From contig SUSW01000033.1 in assembly GCA_015063235.1 (NCBI GenBank), positions 5,773 to 69,772 of the forward strand: DNA of 64,000 nt, in the 5' to 3' direction. How positions within the stretch are numbered: the stretch's first letter is position 1; each line of letters starts with the position of its first letter. Below are positions 42,629 to 53,148 of this stretch, piece after piece. Source of the stretch: Thermoplasmata archaeon. Lineage in GTDB: Archaea > Thermoplasmatota > Thermoplasmata > Methanomassiliicoccales > Methanomethylophilaceae. Position numbers and translations under genes: made by a program. Below the pieces are notes generated by a model. It saw only the letters and a list, made by a program, of their open reading frames with translations. It did no database searches and was not told the origin of the DNA.

Positions 42629-42922
42629 TCAGAATTTCTTTTGGGAGAGGGATGTCCATGTCCTCTTATCCGTGACGATGGCCACTCCGCCGCGTACATC
42701 GACGATGACGGCGCCTGTGTTCTCAGCTATGGCCTCAGCTACCTCTTTCGCCCCGTCGTCCGAATTGGACAGTACCTTGACTTTGATCAGACGGTTCTTT
42801 TTGAGCTGCGCGGTGATCTCATCGTATATGCCCTGGTCCAGGCCGTCCTTTCCGACATGGACTGTGGGGCTGAGTTCGTTCGCACGCCTGATGAGTTCCT
42901 TCCTGGCATCTTTCTCCGTCAT
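42629..42922 (-). CDS. YhbY/CRM RNA-binding protein
   Basis: L.PTVHVGKDGL, LIKVK. Confidence 0.85.
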   Translation of the reverse strand: MTEKDARKELIRRANELSPTVHVGKDGLDQGIYDEITAQLKKNRLIKVKVLSNSDDGAKEVAEAIAENTGAVIVDVRGGVAIVTDKRTWTSLSQKKF

Positions 42923-43236
42923 GTTCTCTGCTCCCTTATGTACGGAATGCGCCGTACTTCGCCGCACACATCGCACGTCATGCATACCTTGTGGTTGGAC
43001 AGGCGTACCGTGCAGTTGACCCCGGGCATCATGGGAAGATGGCAGCTTTTGCAGTACCTTCTTTCTTTGGGCATGGGGACTTGGGTCTTGCCGCTAACCG
43101 CTCTAGCGATATCGACATACCTGGCAGCTCTGTCGTTCTTGCCCGACCGGACGGCGGACTCGGACTGATCCAGGAGGGTCGAAATGCGCTCCTCGCCAAT
43201 CTCATGGATTTTAGCGTTGGGGATACGGCGTGACAT
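42919..43236 (-). CDS. rnp4: Ribonuclease P protein component 4
   Basis: ERI..L, RYV, CKSC...CDVCG..RRIP. Confidence 0.9.
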   Translation of the reverse strand: MSRRIPNAKIHEIGEERISTLLDQSESAVRSGKNDRAARYVDIARAVSGKTQVPMPKERRYCKSCHLPMMPGVNCTVRLSNHKVCMTCDVCGEVRRIPYIREQRT

Positions 43237-43303
43237 GTGCGCTCCTATAAGAGGGCGACAAACCGCGCAGTATTAATATTTTATAGAGAAAAGCGTCCAG
43301 GAA

Positions 43304-44302
43304 TCAGATGACAGGGAGCAGTGATAGAAGGTACTCGCGGATCTCTTTCTCCTCTCCTTCGAACGAACTGTTCTCGCCTGCATAGGTGTCGAAGAGGAAT
43401 GCCATGTATTCATGGAACGCGATGACCGCCTCGTCCCAGGAGGGCTTCCTTATGTCAATACCCAGAATGTCGCATTTGAGGGTCCATTCATCTGAGTCCT
43501 GATCATATCCGGTGACAGCGGAGACTGGGTTCAGGAGATCCCTGTCGGAATTCGATGTAACTATGGTATGGAACTTCAGGGCGGGGATAGTGTAACAACC
43601 GTTGATCTTGTCCACGCTGATTATGTGTCCCTGCTGGTTCCTGTTGACCTTACCGACAACGATGACCGGTCCTGCCTTGGCGAATGTAGGTATATCGGTT
43701 ACTGCGATATTCCTGTCGAAGTTGATAGGTACGATAAATCTGTCGTTGGTGAGGTTCCAGTGGTTCCTCTTGACCTCATCCCTGACCACTATGCCGATGG
43801 CCGCAGACACCTTGTCTTCGGTATCGGTATAAACGAGGATCTTCTCGCGGTCGAGGCCCGAGAACCTGGAGGTCTTATCCTTGTTTCCGTACTCCAGGAC
43901 GTATCCGTCGATGTGATCGTTGAGTTCGATGAGATCCCTGGCTATGATTGCCCTGGATTCGTCGTCTTCGAAGAAATCCGTCATCCAGGAACCGACCGCC
44001 CCTTTGCCAAGGAAATCAAGTGTGGCACAGAGGATTTTCATTGCCTTTTCGAGCGCGTATTCGTTGCCTTTGGAAGGTCCGGATCCGATACCTGCATCAG
44101 AACCTCCGATGGTCAAGTCGAACTTCTTCTTCAACTTCTCCGGTACCTCATTCTGAAGTCTCATCTCAAGCCTCATCAGCATGCATCCGATGTCCGTCAG
44201 AATCTTTTGGACATCTACCATGGTCTGACCTGCCACCGATATCGGGATGCCTTTCTTGCTGTTAGGGTCTGCTGAAACGACTTTGAATCTGAATGAGTCC
44301 AT
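43304..44302 (-). CDS. Hypothetical protein at the provirus left border (host or element origin uncertain)
   Basis: Long ORF; ATG at 44302 preferred over the upstream start in the ORF track. Confidence 0.6.
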   Translation of the reverse strand: MDSFRFKVVSADPNSKKGIPISVAGQTMVDVQKILTDIGCMLMRLEMRLQNEVPEKLKKKFDLTIGGSDAGIGSGPSKGNEYALEKAMKILCATLDFLGKGAVGSWMTDFFEDDESRAIIARDLIELNDHIDGYVLEYGNKDKTSRFSGLDREKILVYTDTEDKVSAAIGIVVRDEVKRNHWNLTNDRFIVPINFDRNIAVTDIPTFAKAGPVIVVGKVNRNQQGHIISVDKINGCYTIPALKFHTIVTSNSDRDLLNPVSAVTGYDQDSDEWTLKCDILGIDIRKPSWDEAVIAFHEYMAFLFDTYAGENSSFEGEEKEIREYLLSLLPVI

Positions 44303-44410
44303 CGGGTGCGGTATTGTCCAGCGAGATAAAAATTGTTGTCGCGATGGCTTTTTTCCACACAGCCCAGGTGCCGTAATTACCGCCTTATTATAGGAAAAAG
44401 AGAAAACAGG

Positions 44411-44434
44411 CATAACATTTATATGAATGTTATG
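44411..44434 (+). promoter_or_regulatory. Early promoter TATA box inside an inverted repeat (CATAACATT-TATATG-AATGTTATG); probable operator
   Basis: Perfect 9-bp arms around TTTATA, preceded by a purine-rich BRE-like run; ~45 bp upstream of the first viral ATG, which has a GGAGG SD. Confidence 0.6.
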
Positions 44435-44478
44435 AAGCGGTCTGGCATATGACTTTCCGCCTCTTCGGAGGTTAGGAA

Positions 44479-44889
44479 ATGCCAGCCAAGATTACATACG
44501 AAGAGCTTCGCAGAACTATCTGGGAGCAAAGGCAGGAGATCATCGAGTGCTTTATCCGTGAGGGGAAGACAGACATCCCTTACAGGTTCTCGAATTTCGA
44601 AAAGGACATGAACGTGTCGGAGCTTGTCGTCGACCGTTCGACTCAGAAAAGGAAATGGAATGTTCTCGTCGACAGAGGGTTGATCTCGAAGAAGATAGTA
44701 GGAGGCTCAGTCGTCGATTGCATCGATTTTGCATGGTTCAGAGACCTGATGAGCTCATCAGTCCGTTCACAATACAATGCTCTCGTCCGCACAGTCACTC
44801 CCTGCCTCGAGAGAGATAGAGAGATAGAGAGAGACACCCACACAGTCGCGCAGGGACGCGCACGCGCGTTAGAGGAGGGAGCACAGTGA
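44479..44889 (+). CDS. First viral gene; possible replication/regulatory protein carrying GA-repeats
   Basis: GGAGGT SD; ERDREIERDTHT encoded by GAGAGATA repeats. Confidence 0.55.
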   Translation: MPAKITYEELRRTIWEQRQEIIECFIREGKTDIPYRFSNFEKDMNVSELVVDRSTQKRKWNVLVDRGLISKKIVGGSVVDCIDFAWFRDLMSSSVRSQYNALVRTVTPCLERDREIERDTHTVAQGRARALEEGAQ

Positions 44890-45050
44890 CCTCCGACATC
44901 ATCTACATCGACATCCGCACATCATCCGTCACCATGGGCGGGATCGTGGACAAGATCGCGTCGTTGCAGAAGGCACATCCCGACCAAGAGATCTTCATGG
45001 ACGGCGATGCATACGCTATCGTCGGCAGGCAGAGGAAGGTGAGCGCATGA
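44886..45050 (+). CDS. Small viral protein (54 aa; HPDQEIFMDGDAYAIV)
   Basis: GTGA and ATGA overlaps on both sides; below the ORF-track cutoff. Confidence 0.7.
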   Translation: MTSDIIYIDIRTSSVTMGGIVDKIASLQKAHPDQEIFMDGDAYAIVGRQRKVSA

Positions 45051-45487
45051 TCGACACCTCCGACCTCGAATGGTACATGAGCATCGAACTCAAGTCCTCA
45101 CTCACCCTCGGAGAGCTGAACGAGCTCCTGGACAGATTGGGGAGAATCAACGAGAGCTGGTGCGTCGGCACCGAGGACGATGACCAGGTCAGGGTCACGA
45201 AGGACGGTGATCTCGGTATCGAGCTGGACAGAATCACCGACAGCGATATGCCAGAGGTTCTCAGGATCCTCACGGACTACAAGGTGTACATCTGCGAGAT
45301 CGGTCATCAGGTAGATCGTGGGCTCTGCTTCTACAAGGTGTTCAACGTATTCTCTCCCGGCGAGATGGTCGAGGTCTACAGGCACGTGCTCATCGAGACC
45401 GCGAACCCGAAGCTCACATGGGATGCATGGAAGGAGGAGAGCGGATTCAACGATTTCGTGAAGGAGGTGTACTGCGATGGCGAGTGA
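45047..45487 (+). CDS. Hypothetical viral protein
   Basis: Coupled ORF, 146 aa. Confidence 0.7.
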   Translation: MIDTSDLEWYMSIELKSSLTLGELNELLDRLGRINESWCVGTEDDDQVRVTKDGDLGIELDRITDSDMPEVLRILTDYKVYICEIGHQVDRGLCFYKVFNVFSPGEMVEVYRHVLIETANPKLTWDAWKEESGFNDFVKEVYCDGE

Positions 45488-46271
45488 CAACGTCATCGAG
45501 CGCATCAACACAGCTCGCAGGATAATCGCCGAGACCGACTTCACCAAATCCGGTACGGTCACGGGCGGACAGAAGTACAACTTCATACCCATCGCGCAGA
45601 TCCTCGATGCTGTCCGCAAGGCACATGCATCCGCAGGTGTCACCGTTACCTTCGGGATCCCGGAGTACGACACCGGGCAGTTCGAGAAACGCTACTCCTA
45701 TCAGAAGAAGTCGCAGTACGGAGAGACCACGTGGTTCGCAGCGAACGGCCACATCCATGCGACCATCTACGGAAGCTCCGTGAATGACAGGATCGAGATG
45801 GATGTCCCCTTCGAGGCGCAGGACAACTCAGACAAGCTTACGAACAAGATCATCACCAATGCGGAGAGGTGCCTGTATAGGGTCCTCTATGCCATCGACG
45901 AGGGAGATGCCACCGACCCTGAAGCATTCAACTACCAGATGGAGGACGCACCTAAACAGACACGTGCGGAGAAGATGGCGAACGATCCATTCTTCGCGAA
46001 GAGGCCCTCGCCTGATACGGAAGCATCCTTCGTCACCGCAGACAAGGTGTCCTCCAGATCCCAGACCGAATGGGATGCCATAGCAGGGGATTGCAAGAAG
46101 GCCATCCTCGAATGGCTGGAAGAGGACCAGGTCATGAATGCCGTCAACGAGGTCTGGACCCATTACAATACCGAACACGGTGTCTACAGGACATGGCAGT
46201 CCGGTCTCTGGATACAGGTCTACAAGGAGCTGAAGGCGGACGGTGCGAAGCTCAAGGAGGTCGCACTATGA
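45477..46271 (+). CDS. ERF-family ssDNA annealing protein
   Basis: KSG...KYNF...I, DK...K.ITNAER......AI...DPE pattern. Confidence 0.7.
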   Translation: MASDNVIERINTARRIIAETDFTKSGTVTGGQKYNFIPIAQILDAVRKAHASAGVTVTFGIPEYDTGQFEKRYSYQKKSQYGETTWFAANGHIHATIYGSSVNDRIEMDVPFEAQDNSDKLTNKIITNAERCLYRVLYAIDEGDATDPEAFNYQMEDAPKQTRAEKMANDPFFAKRPSPDTEASFVTADKVSSRSQTEWDAIAGDCKKAILEWLEEDQVMNAVNEVWTHYNTEHGVYRTWQSGLWIQVYKELKADGAKLKEVAL

Positions 46272-46951
46272 CCTCATGGATGGAATGCGGATGCGGTGGG
46301 GATGTAGTCCTTTACGAGAATCCCGGAGAGGAGAGGTTCGGCAGGAAGTGGTTCCTCCTCACAGGAAACTGCAAGAGATGCGGAATGTACCACGAGACCG
46401 TCCCTTTGGCCGACCTGAAGGAGTTCAGGAGGCTCATGGAGGAAGATGAGGTCAGGAGATACCGCGAACAGCTGGAGAAGGAAGAAAAGGAGTACAGGAG
46501 ACACCTCGCCTCCCTCACACCCGAGGAGCTCCTCGAGGAGGTCGGCCCGGATCACTATCCGTGGTTCTATGTCCGCATACACAACACTCCAGGAAGGGGA
46601 GGGAGCATCCAGAGGGCACTCACATTACAGACCGCAAGGGAGGCAGGCACCGCAGTGGCGGAGAAGGGACAGTACATCACCATCGAACAGCACTTCAAGA
46701 CAATCGAGGAGTGGAGGCACGGGGAGCGTCCTGAGCTGAAGAAATACCATGTGCATTGCGAATGGGATTACACCGTCCATGATACCGGAGCCCATGAGAA
46801 TGCCATGAGGACCATCAACTGTGGTTCCCTCGAGGACGCACGCAGGGTCGCACATAGCGAGGAGAGATACTGGACCAACAGACCGACCAATACGTTCTTC
46901 AGATGGAACATAACAGACGAGGACGGCAACTTCGTGGAGGCATCCGTATGA
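46268..46951 (+). CDS. Hypothetical viral protein with an N-terminal Zn ribbon
   Basis: CGCG...CKRCG; ATGA overlaps. Confidence 0.65.
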   Translation: MTSWMECGCGGDVVLYENPGEERFGRKWFLLTGNCKRCGMYHETVPLADLKEFRRLMEEDEVRRYREQLEKEEKEYRRHLASLTPEELLEEVGPDHYPWFYVRIHNTPGRGGSIQRALTLQTAREAGTAVAEKGQYITIEQHFKTIEEWRHGERPELKKYHVHCEWDYTVHDTGAHENAMRTINCGSLEDARRVAHSEERYWTNRPTNTFFRWNITDEDGNFVEASV

Positions 46952-47205
46952 TAGATGCCTGCTCCATCGAATCCTATCGCACTCTCGGCATGACCGCCGA
47001 GGTCCAGAGGATGAGGGTCCTCGATACCGTCCGTCAGGCCAGACACCCCTCGTCTTCCGACATCGAGAGGCTGACGGGCATACAGAGGACATCCGTCACG
47101 GCGAGGCTCAAGAAGCTCGAGGATGACGGCCTGATCTACAAGGCAGGAACGAAGAAGGATCCGTTCACCGGAAAGACCGTGAACTGGTACGCGGCGGTGG
47201 ACTGA
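46948..47205 (+). CDS. Winged-HTH protein
   Basis: DIERLTGIQRTSVTARLKKLEDDGLI. Confidence 0.75.
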   Translation: MIDACSIESYRTLGMTAEVQRMRVLDTVRQARHPSSSDIERLTGIQRTSVTARLKKLEDDGLIYKAGTKKDPFTGKTVNWYAAVD

Positions 47206-47298
47206 GATGTGCATCTACGTCGAATGCCCGATGGTCGCAGACGGCCTATGCGCGGACTGTCAGAAATGCCCTTATTACGACGGTTCGGAGGGCGAGAT

Positions 47299-47493
47299 AT
47301 GACCGCCACATACGACGGGAAGCTCAGATGCTCCAAGGATGCCTTGGATGCATGCTGCAGGACCATGGACGAGTGGATGATGTTGAAGAAGGTCTACAGG
47401 TCCACTCAGGGTAATCTCTGTCTCAGGGTCGATGACAGGAAGGGCTGTCCGATCAAGTGCTGCCCGTTCTGCGGATCGGAGGTATCGGAATGA
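47299..47493 (+). CDS. Small Cys-rich protein (CC..M...CPFCG)
   Basis: ATGA overlaps; same pattern as 50794-51033. Confidence 0.65.
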   Translation: MTATYDGKLRCSKDALDACCRTMDEWMMLKKVYRSTQGNLCLRVDDRKGCPIKCCPFCGSEVSE

Positions 47494-47638
47494 AATGCAA
47501 GAGGTGCGGAGCTCCGGATGCGGAATACTTCATCGATTCTTTCGATCCCGTGTCCAAGCAGAATGTCCACCCGTGGCTGTGTATGAAATGCATGATTACG
47601 GTCAACATTGCTATCATGGATCTCGTGGGGATGACGGG

Positions 47639-47890
47639 ATGAAGTACAGACCGAGGTTCCAATGCGAGCATCTGGTGCTCAATGCCCTCTCTTCGAACCA
47701 AGAGAGGACATTGGCCAAGATAACGGCCCTTGCGTACCCTGATTACGACCCTCGTTTAGAGGAGATCCGTTTGGGAAGGGTCAAGGCCCATCTGGACTAG
47801 TTCGTCGAGGCCGGTATAGTCTCAAGTTCCGAGGTCATGACCGGAAGGGGATGCAGGACCGTCTACAAGCTAAGGAGGTCCAGAGCATGA
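47639..47890 (+). CDS. Winged-HTH protein with an in-frame TAG (47798-47800)
   Basis: RVKAHLD-TAG-FVEAGIVSS...VYKL completes the helix and wing; its TGA overlaps the next ATG. Confidence 0.75.
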
Positions 47891-48786
47891 GCATCGAGGA
47901 CTGTCTTAATGCAGATATATTGGCGGAGATCGAGGAGGCGAAGACCGCTAGATGGGGTGCAAAGCTCTCCACCACTGGATTCCCAGCCTACCCCTGTCCG
48001 AAATGCGGAGAGATGCAGTTCCCGGACAGGGCATGGGCGAATCAGAAAGGAGTATAGGTGTGCGATCTGGTCTGCAACGGGTGCAAGGCATCTTCTGCGA
48101 ACTTCTGCTGGAATCTTTGGTAGGAGAGTCCGTTGTTCAGAGAGAACAGATTCTACCTGGATGCATTCTCGGATGATGCTTATGAGGAACCGGATGACGA
48201 GACGCTCAAGATGAGATGTTCCTTGGATCTGGAAGGGTTCCGCACCACTAAGGAGTTCGCAATCCGTGCGGTCCAATGGTTCAACGGCGGTCATCCGACC
48301 ACATATCACATGCCCGTATCGGTCATGAAGGATGGGAAGGTCACAGATACCGAGATGATTCCTCTGAACATCCCCAACAGGGTGATGTGGAGGTCCATGA
48401 CGCTTGAAGTCCATTTCATGATATGTTACGACAAGAAAGCTACTGTGGGTCTGGCCATCGATTCGCAGAAGCACAACGGAGGGACCCATGGGCTGATGAT
48501 GGATGACGTTTCAAGAGTATGCATCGCCGATGGGAAGCTCATAATCGCCGGTAATGAAAGGATCGCAGAGATAGAACTCGTCGATTCTCCCGATCTCCTG
48601 ACCAAGAAGCATGCACCGAAGTGGTTCTTGGATGAGATGACGACACCTATCGGAGATATGGTTACTGCTGCTGACATCATGCCAGGTCGCTTGCCTGGTT
48701 TCGAGTGGCTGCATCCGATGACGGAGTCGGTCATCATCGAATCGGTCAAGACACGCAGACAGAGCATTCTGGAGGATTTTGCATGA
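47887..48786 (+). CDS. 299-aa viral protein with a Zn ribbon and two in-frame TAGs (48055-48057, 48121-48123)
   Basis: ORF-track pieces 47851 and 48133 share a frame; CPKC and CNGC lie on either side of the first TAG. Confidence 0.75.
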
Positions 48787-49027
48787 TCTACCTTATCACG
48801 GGAGCAGTCCTGGACAAGGAGCTGGAGATCACCGATTACACCGATGGGCGGAGATTCGGTCCGAGGCTCGGATGGTTATCCACTTTCAACCCGTGCCAGT
48901 TTTGCAGCAACAGCAAGTGCAGGAAGAATCAGTACGGCCCCTGCGATGATGCATATCTCGAGCTTTGGAAAAAGAAATACTTGGAGCAAGGGGCACAAGC
49001 TCAATTGGAGCAATGGGGGATGGAGGC

Positions 49028-49243
49028 ATGAATGAAATCGACGAGAGGATCCTCGGACTTATTAAGGAGCACACCAGGTTATCTGTCCCTCAGCTGATCG
49101 ATAATCTCTACCCCGATGTACCGGTCTATCGTAAAAGCACTCTGCGCACATACATCTACGGTAAATGCAAGAATCTCTCCCTGTACCATTATCTCCGCAA
49201 GGTCAGAGAGGGGAATGCCGTTCTATGGGAGCTGGAAGAATGA
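49028..49243 (+). CDS. Winged-HTH-like protein
   Basis: IL.LI...LS...L...LYP...L......LRKV...W. Confidence 0.55.
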   Translation: MNEIDERILGLIKEHTRLSVPQLIDNLYPDVPVYRKSTLRTYIYGKCKNLSLYHYLRKVREGNAVLWELEE

Positions 49244-49954
49244 CAGAATCCAGACTTTTACATGCACAGGACGGCATCCAATGCGTCAATTGCTTCTACT
49301 TCCGTATGGCCCCCACAGGCCAAGATGTAGTCGATAAGGTGCCTTACTGCGACAGGAGAGGCAGACAGATCGGTTGGAATCCCCTGCTTTTCATGTGCGG
49401 TGATTTCGGCATAAGGGACGAACCCATCGTGATGCAGACGAAATTGGATTGGAGATGGGGTGCCAAGACATGAAGAGGCAGTGCACAGTCAGAACGGTCC
49501 CTGCCCCCCACAGTCCTCAGAATGTCCCGAAGTCATGCTGGACCTGTCTGCACAGAGGTCCGGTGACGGCCGACTGGTGCTACTGCAACAAGGGCGGAAG
49601 GGGCGAGAGGAGGAAGAACACCGATCCGTGCGAGGACTACGGTCTTGATGCGATATGGCTGATAACGGATTGGCTTTACGTTTGATGAGGTGAGAAGATG
49701 AGTGCGATAGACAGCATAAGAGAGCGCATAAGATGGGCTCGTATCGGAATGTGGGCTTGCAAGGAGAACAATAGCATGAGGGAGTCCATAGAGGCCAGAG
49801 GGGAGAAGGTACTTTACCTGACCACTCAGGACGGCGATTGGACCATCGAGATCAACGTCCGCAGGAAGGACGAGACCACAAAAACTGTACCGACACCCTG
49901 CCAATCCGGTAGGGAGGAGAACAGAGGATTCGGGTTCAGAGTGAGGGGAAGGGA

Positions 49955-50230
49955 ATGATAGACGACAACTCGGCGGACGCTTACAGGAAGGCATTCAACA
50001 CGGACAGGATAAACGTCCTCAGATACCGTGTGTACGAGACCATAAGGGACAACCCCGGACTGATGGATGAGGAGATAGCGCAGAAGCTGGGCTCTCCGAT
50101 AAACTCTATCACTGGCCGTGTGAAAGAGCTGCATGATGTTGGGCTTATAGAGTTCGACAACGGAAAGAACGGAAGGAACAACACCTGCAGGAGATCATAC
50201 ATCAAAGGGACGATGGAGGCATCCGCATGA
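49955..50230 (+). CDS. Winged-HTH protein
   Basis: EIAQKLGSPINSITGRVKELHDVGLI; resembles 46948-47205. Confidence 0.75.
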   Translation: MIDDNSADAYRKAFNTDRINVLRYRVYETIRDNPGLMDEEIAQKLGSPINSITGRVKELHDVGLIEFDNGKNGRNNTCRRSYIKGTMEASA

Positions 50231-51016
50231 TTGAGGATGCGATAATGGACGTGCTTTCAGTCTCAGGGATGACCTACAGGGAAGCGATGGTCCGTGCCAT
50301 AGGCGACCGTTACGATGTGCCCTATAACGATGTCATGTGCATCATCGACAGGCTCATCGACGAAGGGAGGGTGAAGGTGTCGACCGATTCGATGAACCAT
50401 CAGTACATAGAGGTGGCCTGATGGCATTCTACGGTGACGATACACGCACGAAGGACAACACCAGGGTCATAGAGCTCTACGGCCGTATCTATTCACGCTC
50501 TCAGCTGAATCTCAAGGAGATCGATGATGTGGACAGGCTGAGGGAGTACCTAATCGCCGATGCCAATAGGATCCTCGAATCCGCAGAGGAGCTCCTAGGA
50601 CTGCTCTGCAGGAGGTACGAATGAAACAGGAATGCTGCAGGACATGTGCTCACCACCACGCTATCCTCATCAGGATAGAAAGCGAGGGCACCGAGGACGA
50701 GTTCCCCGTATTCGAGCACTTCTGCGATGGGAAGAGGATACAGGATTCCTTGGTGAAGGATTTCAGATGCGGAAAGTACGAAGAGAGGGCGATATGATGG
50801 GCGGCAGATGCAAAGGCATACCCTTGAAGCCATGCTGCGAGGAGATGGAATCCGTGCTGATGTTCAACGATCTCAGGGATTCCATCCTCTACGATGAGGA
50901 ATCTCCGGAAGGTGAGAGGTTCTGGCTGTGGTGGAGGGACTGCGATTGCTCTCCGTTGAGGTTCTGTCCGTTCTGCGGAAAGAAGGTCGAGGAGATCAGG
51001 TTGGGGGATGGGAGAG

Positions 51017-51220
51017 ATGGAAAGTCTGAATGAAACGATTGAGAAGGTCCTTCAGGCCCTGAAGGACGAGAGGTCGGTGGACGAGGTCGCTCTGAAGGTC
51101 GGTTTACCTAGGAGCGAAGCCCTCGACATCATGCTGTACCTCGCAGGAAGAGGGCGGATCGCCATGACGGACAGTCTGCACTCGAAGTGGGCATTGAAAC
51201 ATGGGAGAGAAGAAGAATGA
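51017..51220 (+). CDS. Small winged-HTH protein
   Basis: SVDEVALKVGLPRSEA...L...GRI. Confidence 0.65.
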   Translation: MESLNETIEKVLQALKDERSVDEVALKVGLPRSEALDIMLYLAGRGRIAMTDSLHSKWALKHGREEE

Positions 51221-51504
51221 ACGGAGAAGAATCTAGCAAGAAGTACCTGCTTGACTACAGGCAGGGCGGAACGATGGGGCCGATGAAGATACTGACTATG
51301 AGCTTCGCAGTGGATGAGAAGGACTACGACAAGGTCATAGCGCATCTGTCAAGGATGCTGTTGGTCAACGAGAGGGCATTCACCATAGGGGAATACGAAG
51401 AGCCGGAGGAGCTCACCGCTCCCTACAGAAATGTAATTAACTTCGGAATAACCCCGAATGAGGACGTAAGAGGCACATCTACATCCTGGAGCAAGGACGA
51501 ATGA
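51217..51504 (+). CDS. Hypothetical protein, paralog of 53340-53651
   Basis: Shared YLLDYR..G..GP.K....FAV...DY...N.R.FT.GEY. Confidence 0.7.
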   Translation: MNGEESSKKYLLDYRQGGTMGPMKILTMSFAVDEKDYDKVIAHLSRMLLVNERAFTIGEYEEPEELTAPYRNVINFGITPNEDVRGTSTSWSKDE

Positions 51505-52160
51505 CCGAAGAATGGCATAAGGGCGAGTTCGAGCTCGGGAAAAGGTATTACGATGCAGTAGGCCGCAGATGGAAGGTCGTCAAGCTGATCCATCACGGAG
51601 ATTACGACATCCTGCTTGTCAGAAGGGGCTTCAGAACTGAGATCGGATGCACAGAGCCCGATGGCAAGACCGCTACGGTGTTGTTCAGCGAGTTCGGTTT
51701 CACGACAATCTATGCGGAGGCGGAGGAATGACAGGATCGTATCAAGCGATTTACAACGATTATCATGAGATAAAGGTTCATTCCAAAGAGGATGGCAAGA
51801 AATGGGTGACGTTATCCATCGGCAACAATGAGGATGCCCGTCATAGGGACATCGACATGAGTCCTGAGCAGTTCGATGCGCTAATTTTGCTAATGAAGCA
51901 GGCGGAAGCAACATTCACGCCAGGAAGGGGGATCAAGGAATGAAGATTTATTTGTTGTATTGCGGAGACTATGACGAGGATGGAATCGTAGGAATCTTCT
52001 CATCCAGAGAGAAAGCGATGGAGGTCGGGCTTAGAAGGTGCGATCCTACGCTGATTCCCAGAAATTCCGACGGCAAATGGGCCTATGATAGAGTGCCCCC
52101 GACACCCGAACAGGTGGAATCACGCATCAAAGAGTATGAATTGGATGGAGAGGGTGAGGA

Positions 52161-52436
52161 ATGACCGACCCTACCAACATCCTACCAGAACCCTACCAAT
52201 CTGGTAGGCTCATAGGCAAGATTCCAACTGTTTCCATAAAGGAAACAGTTGCCCTGAAACCCTGTCCGTTCTGCGGTAGCGATGTCATGGCCATACAGGA
52301 ACAAGATGGATTCAGCAATGTCCTGTATTGGTCGATACGGCATCCCTTAAAGGACTGCATCCTGCGCAACATACCGCTGTGTTCAAGGAACCTGGATGAG
52401 TTAGTTGAACAATGGAACAGGAGAGTGAATGAATGA
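52161..52436 (+). CDS. Lar-family (restriction alleviation-like) protein 1
   Basis: LKPCPFCG...WNRRV. Confidence 0.75.
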   Translation: MTDPTNILPEPYQSGRLIGKIPTVSIKETVALKPCPFCGSDVMAIQEQDGFSNVLYWSIRHPLKDCILRNIPLCSRNLDELVEQWNRRVNE

Positions 52437-52600
52437 CAGAGCTCAAGCCATGTCCGTTCTGCGGTTCTCAGAATGTATGGCTAACCGATTGGGCGAATCC
52501 AGCCATCCAATGTCGTAATTGCCACTTGGTCGTCGATACAGAGAGCCTGATGGATGAAGAAGAATTAGTTGAAAGATGGAACAGGAGGGTAAAGGAATGA
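52433..52600 (+). CDS. Lar-family protein 2
   Basis: MTELKPCPFCG...CRNC...WNRRV; below the ORF-track cutoff. Confidence 0.8.
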   Translation: MTELKPCPFCGSQNVWLTDWANPAIQCRNCHLVVDTESLMDEEELVERWNRRVKE

Positions 52601-52761
52601 CCGAACTGAAACCCTGTCCGTTCTGTGGAGGAAACTCCGAAGTTCATGTCACCGAGGCAGAATACTGGTATGTGATATGTCTTGAATGTGGCACAATTTC
52701 AGGAATCTATTCATCTGAGGATGAAGCGATGAAAGCATGGAACAGGAGGGTGAGTGAATGA
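52597..52761 (+). CDS. Lar-family protein 3
   Basis: MTELKPCPFCGG...CLECG...AMKAWNRRV. Confidence 0.8.
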   Translation: MTELKPCPFCGGNSEVHVTEAEYWYVICLECGTISGIYSSEDEAMKAWNRRVSE

Positions 52762-52988
52762 AGATGCGCGATCTACACATTGAAAAGAGCAAGGACAGGG
52801 TACGCATAGAATACACCGCCGACAACGTCTCCCAGAAGGAACTGGACGGACTTGTCACGATCATGTACACGGGCGAACTGCCCAAGACCCCCGACAGTTG
52901 CGACCTGACCCAAGAAGAGTAGGATGCTTGCGATATGATCCTGTCGGTCAACATGAAAAGACAGGAACAGATGGGGATGGACGAATGA
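52758..52988 (+). CDS. Hypothetical protein with an in-frame TAG (52920-52922)
   Basis: Read-through gives 76 aa and a TGA overlapping the ATG at 52985. Confidence 0.7.
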
Positions 52989-53148
52989 CATTCAAAATCA
53001 ATTTCACAGTAGAGGTTGATGGTATAAATTCGATCAATCCAGAGGTTTTAGTTATAATAGGTCAGAAATTGAGGATGGAATCCCAAGCCGCATTGCATAG
53101 GCGGTACGGGGATGTCAGAGTCGTTGTCGGTCCGGTAGGGGTGAAAGA

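Noticed and set aside
44330-44400. tRNA-derived attL
   Set aside because: No tRNA 3'-half sequence is recognisable on either strand.
52400-52761. CRISPR-like or DGR-like repeat
   Set aside because: The repeats are degenerate coding junctions with ~110-bp coding cores. No cas or reverse transcriptase gene and no adenine-specific variation were seen.
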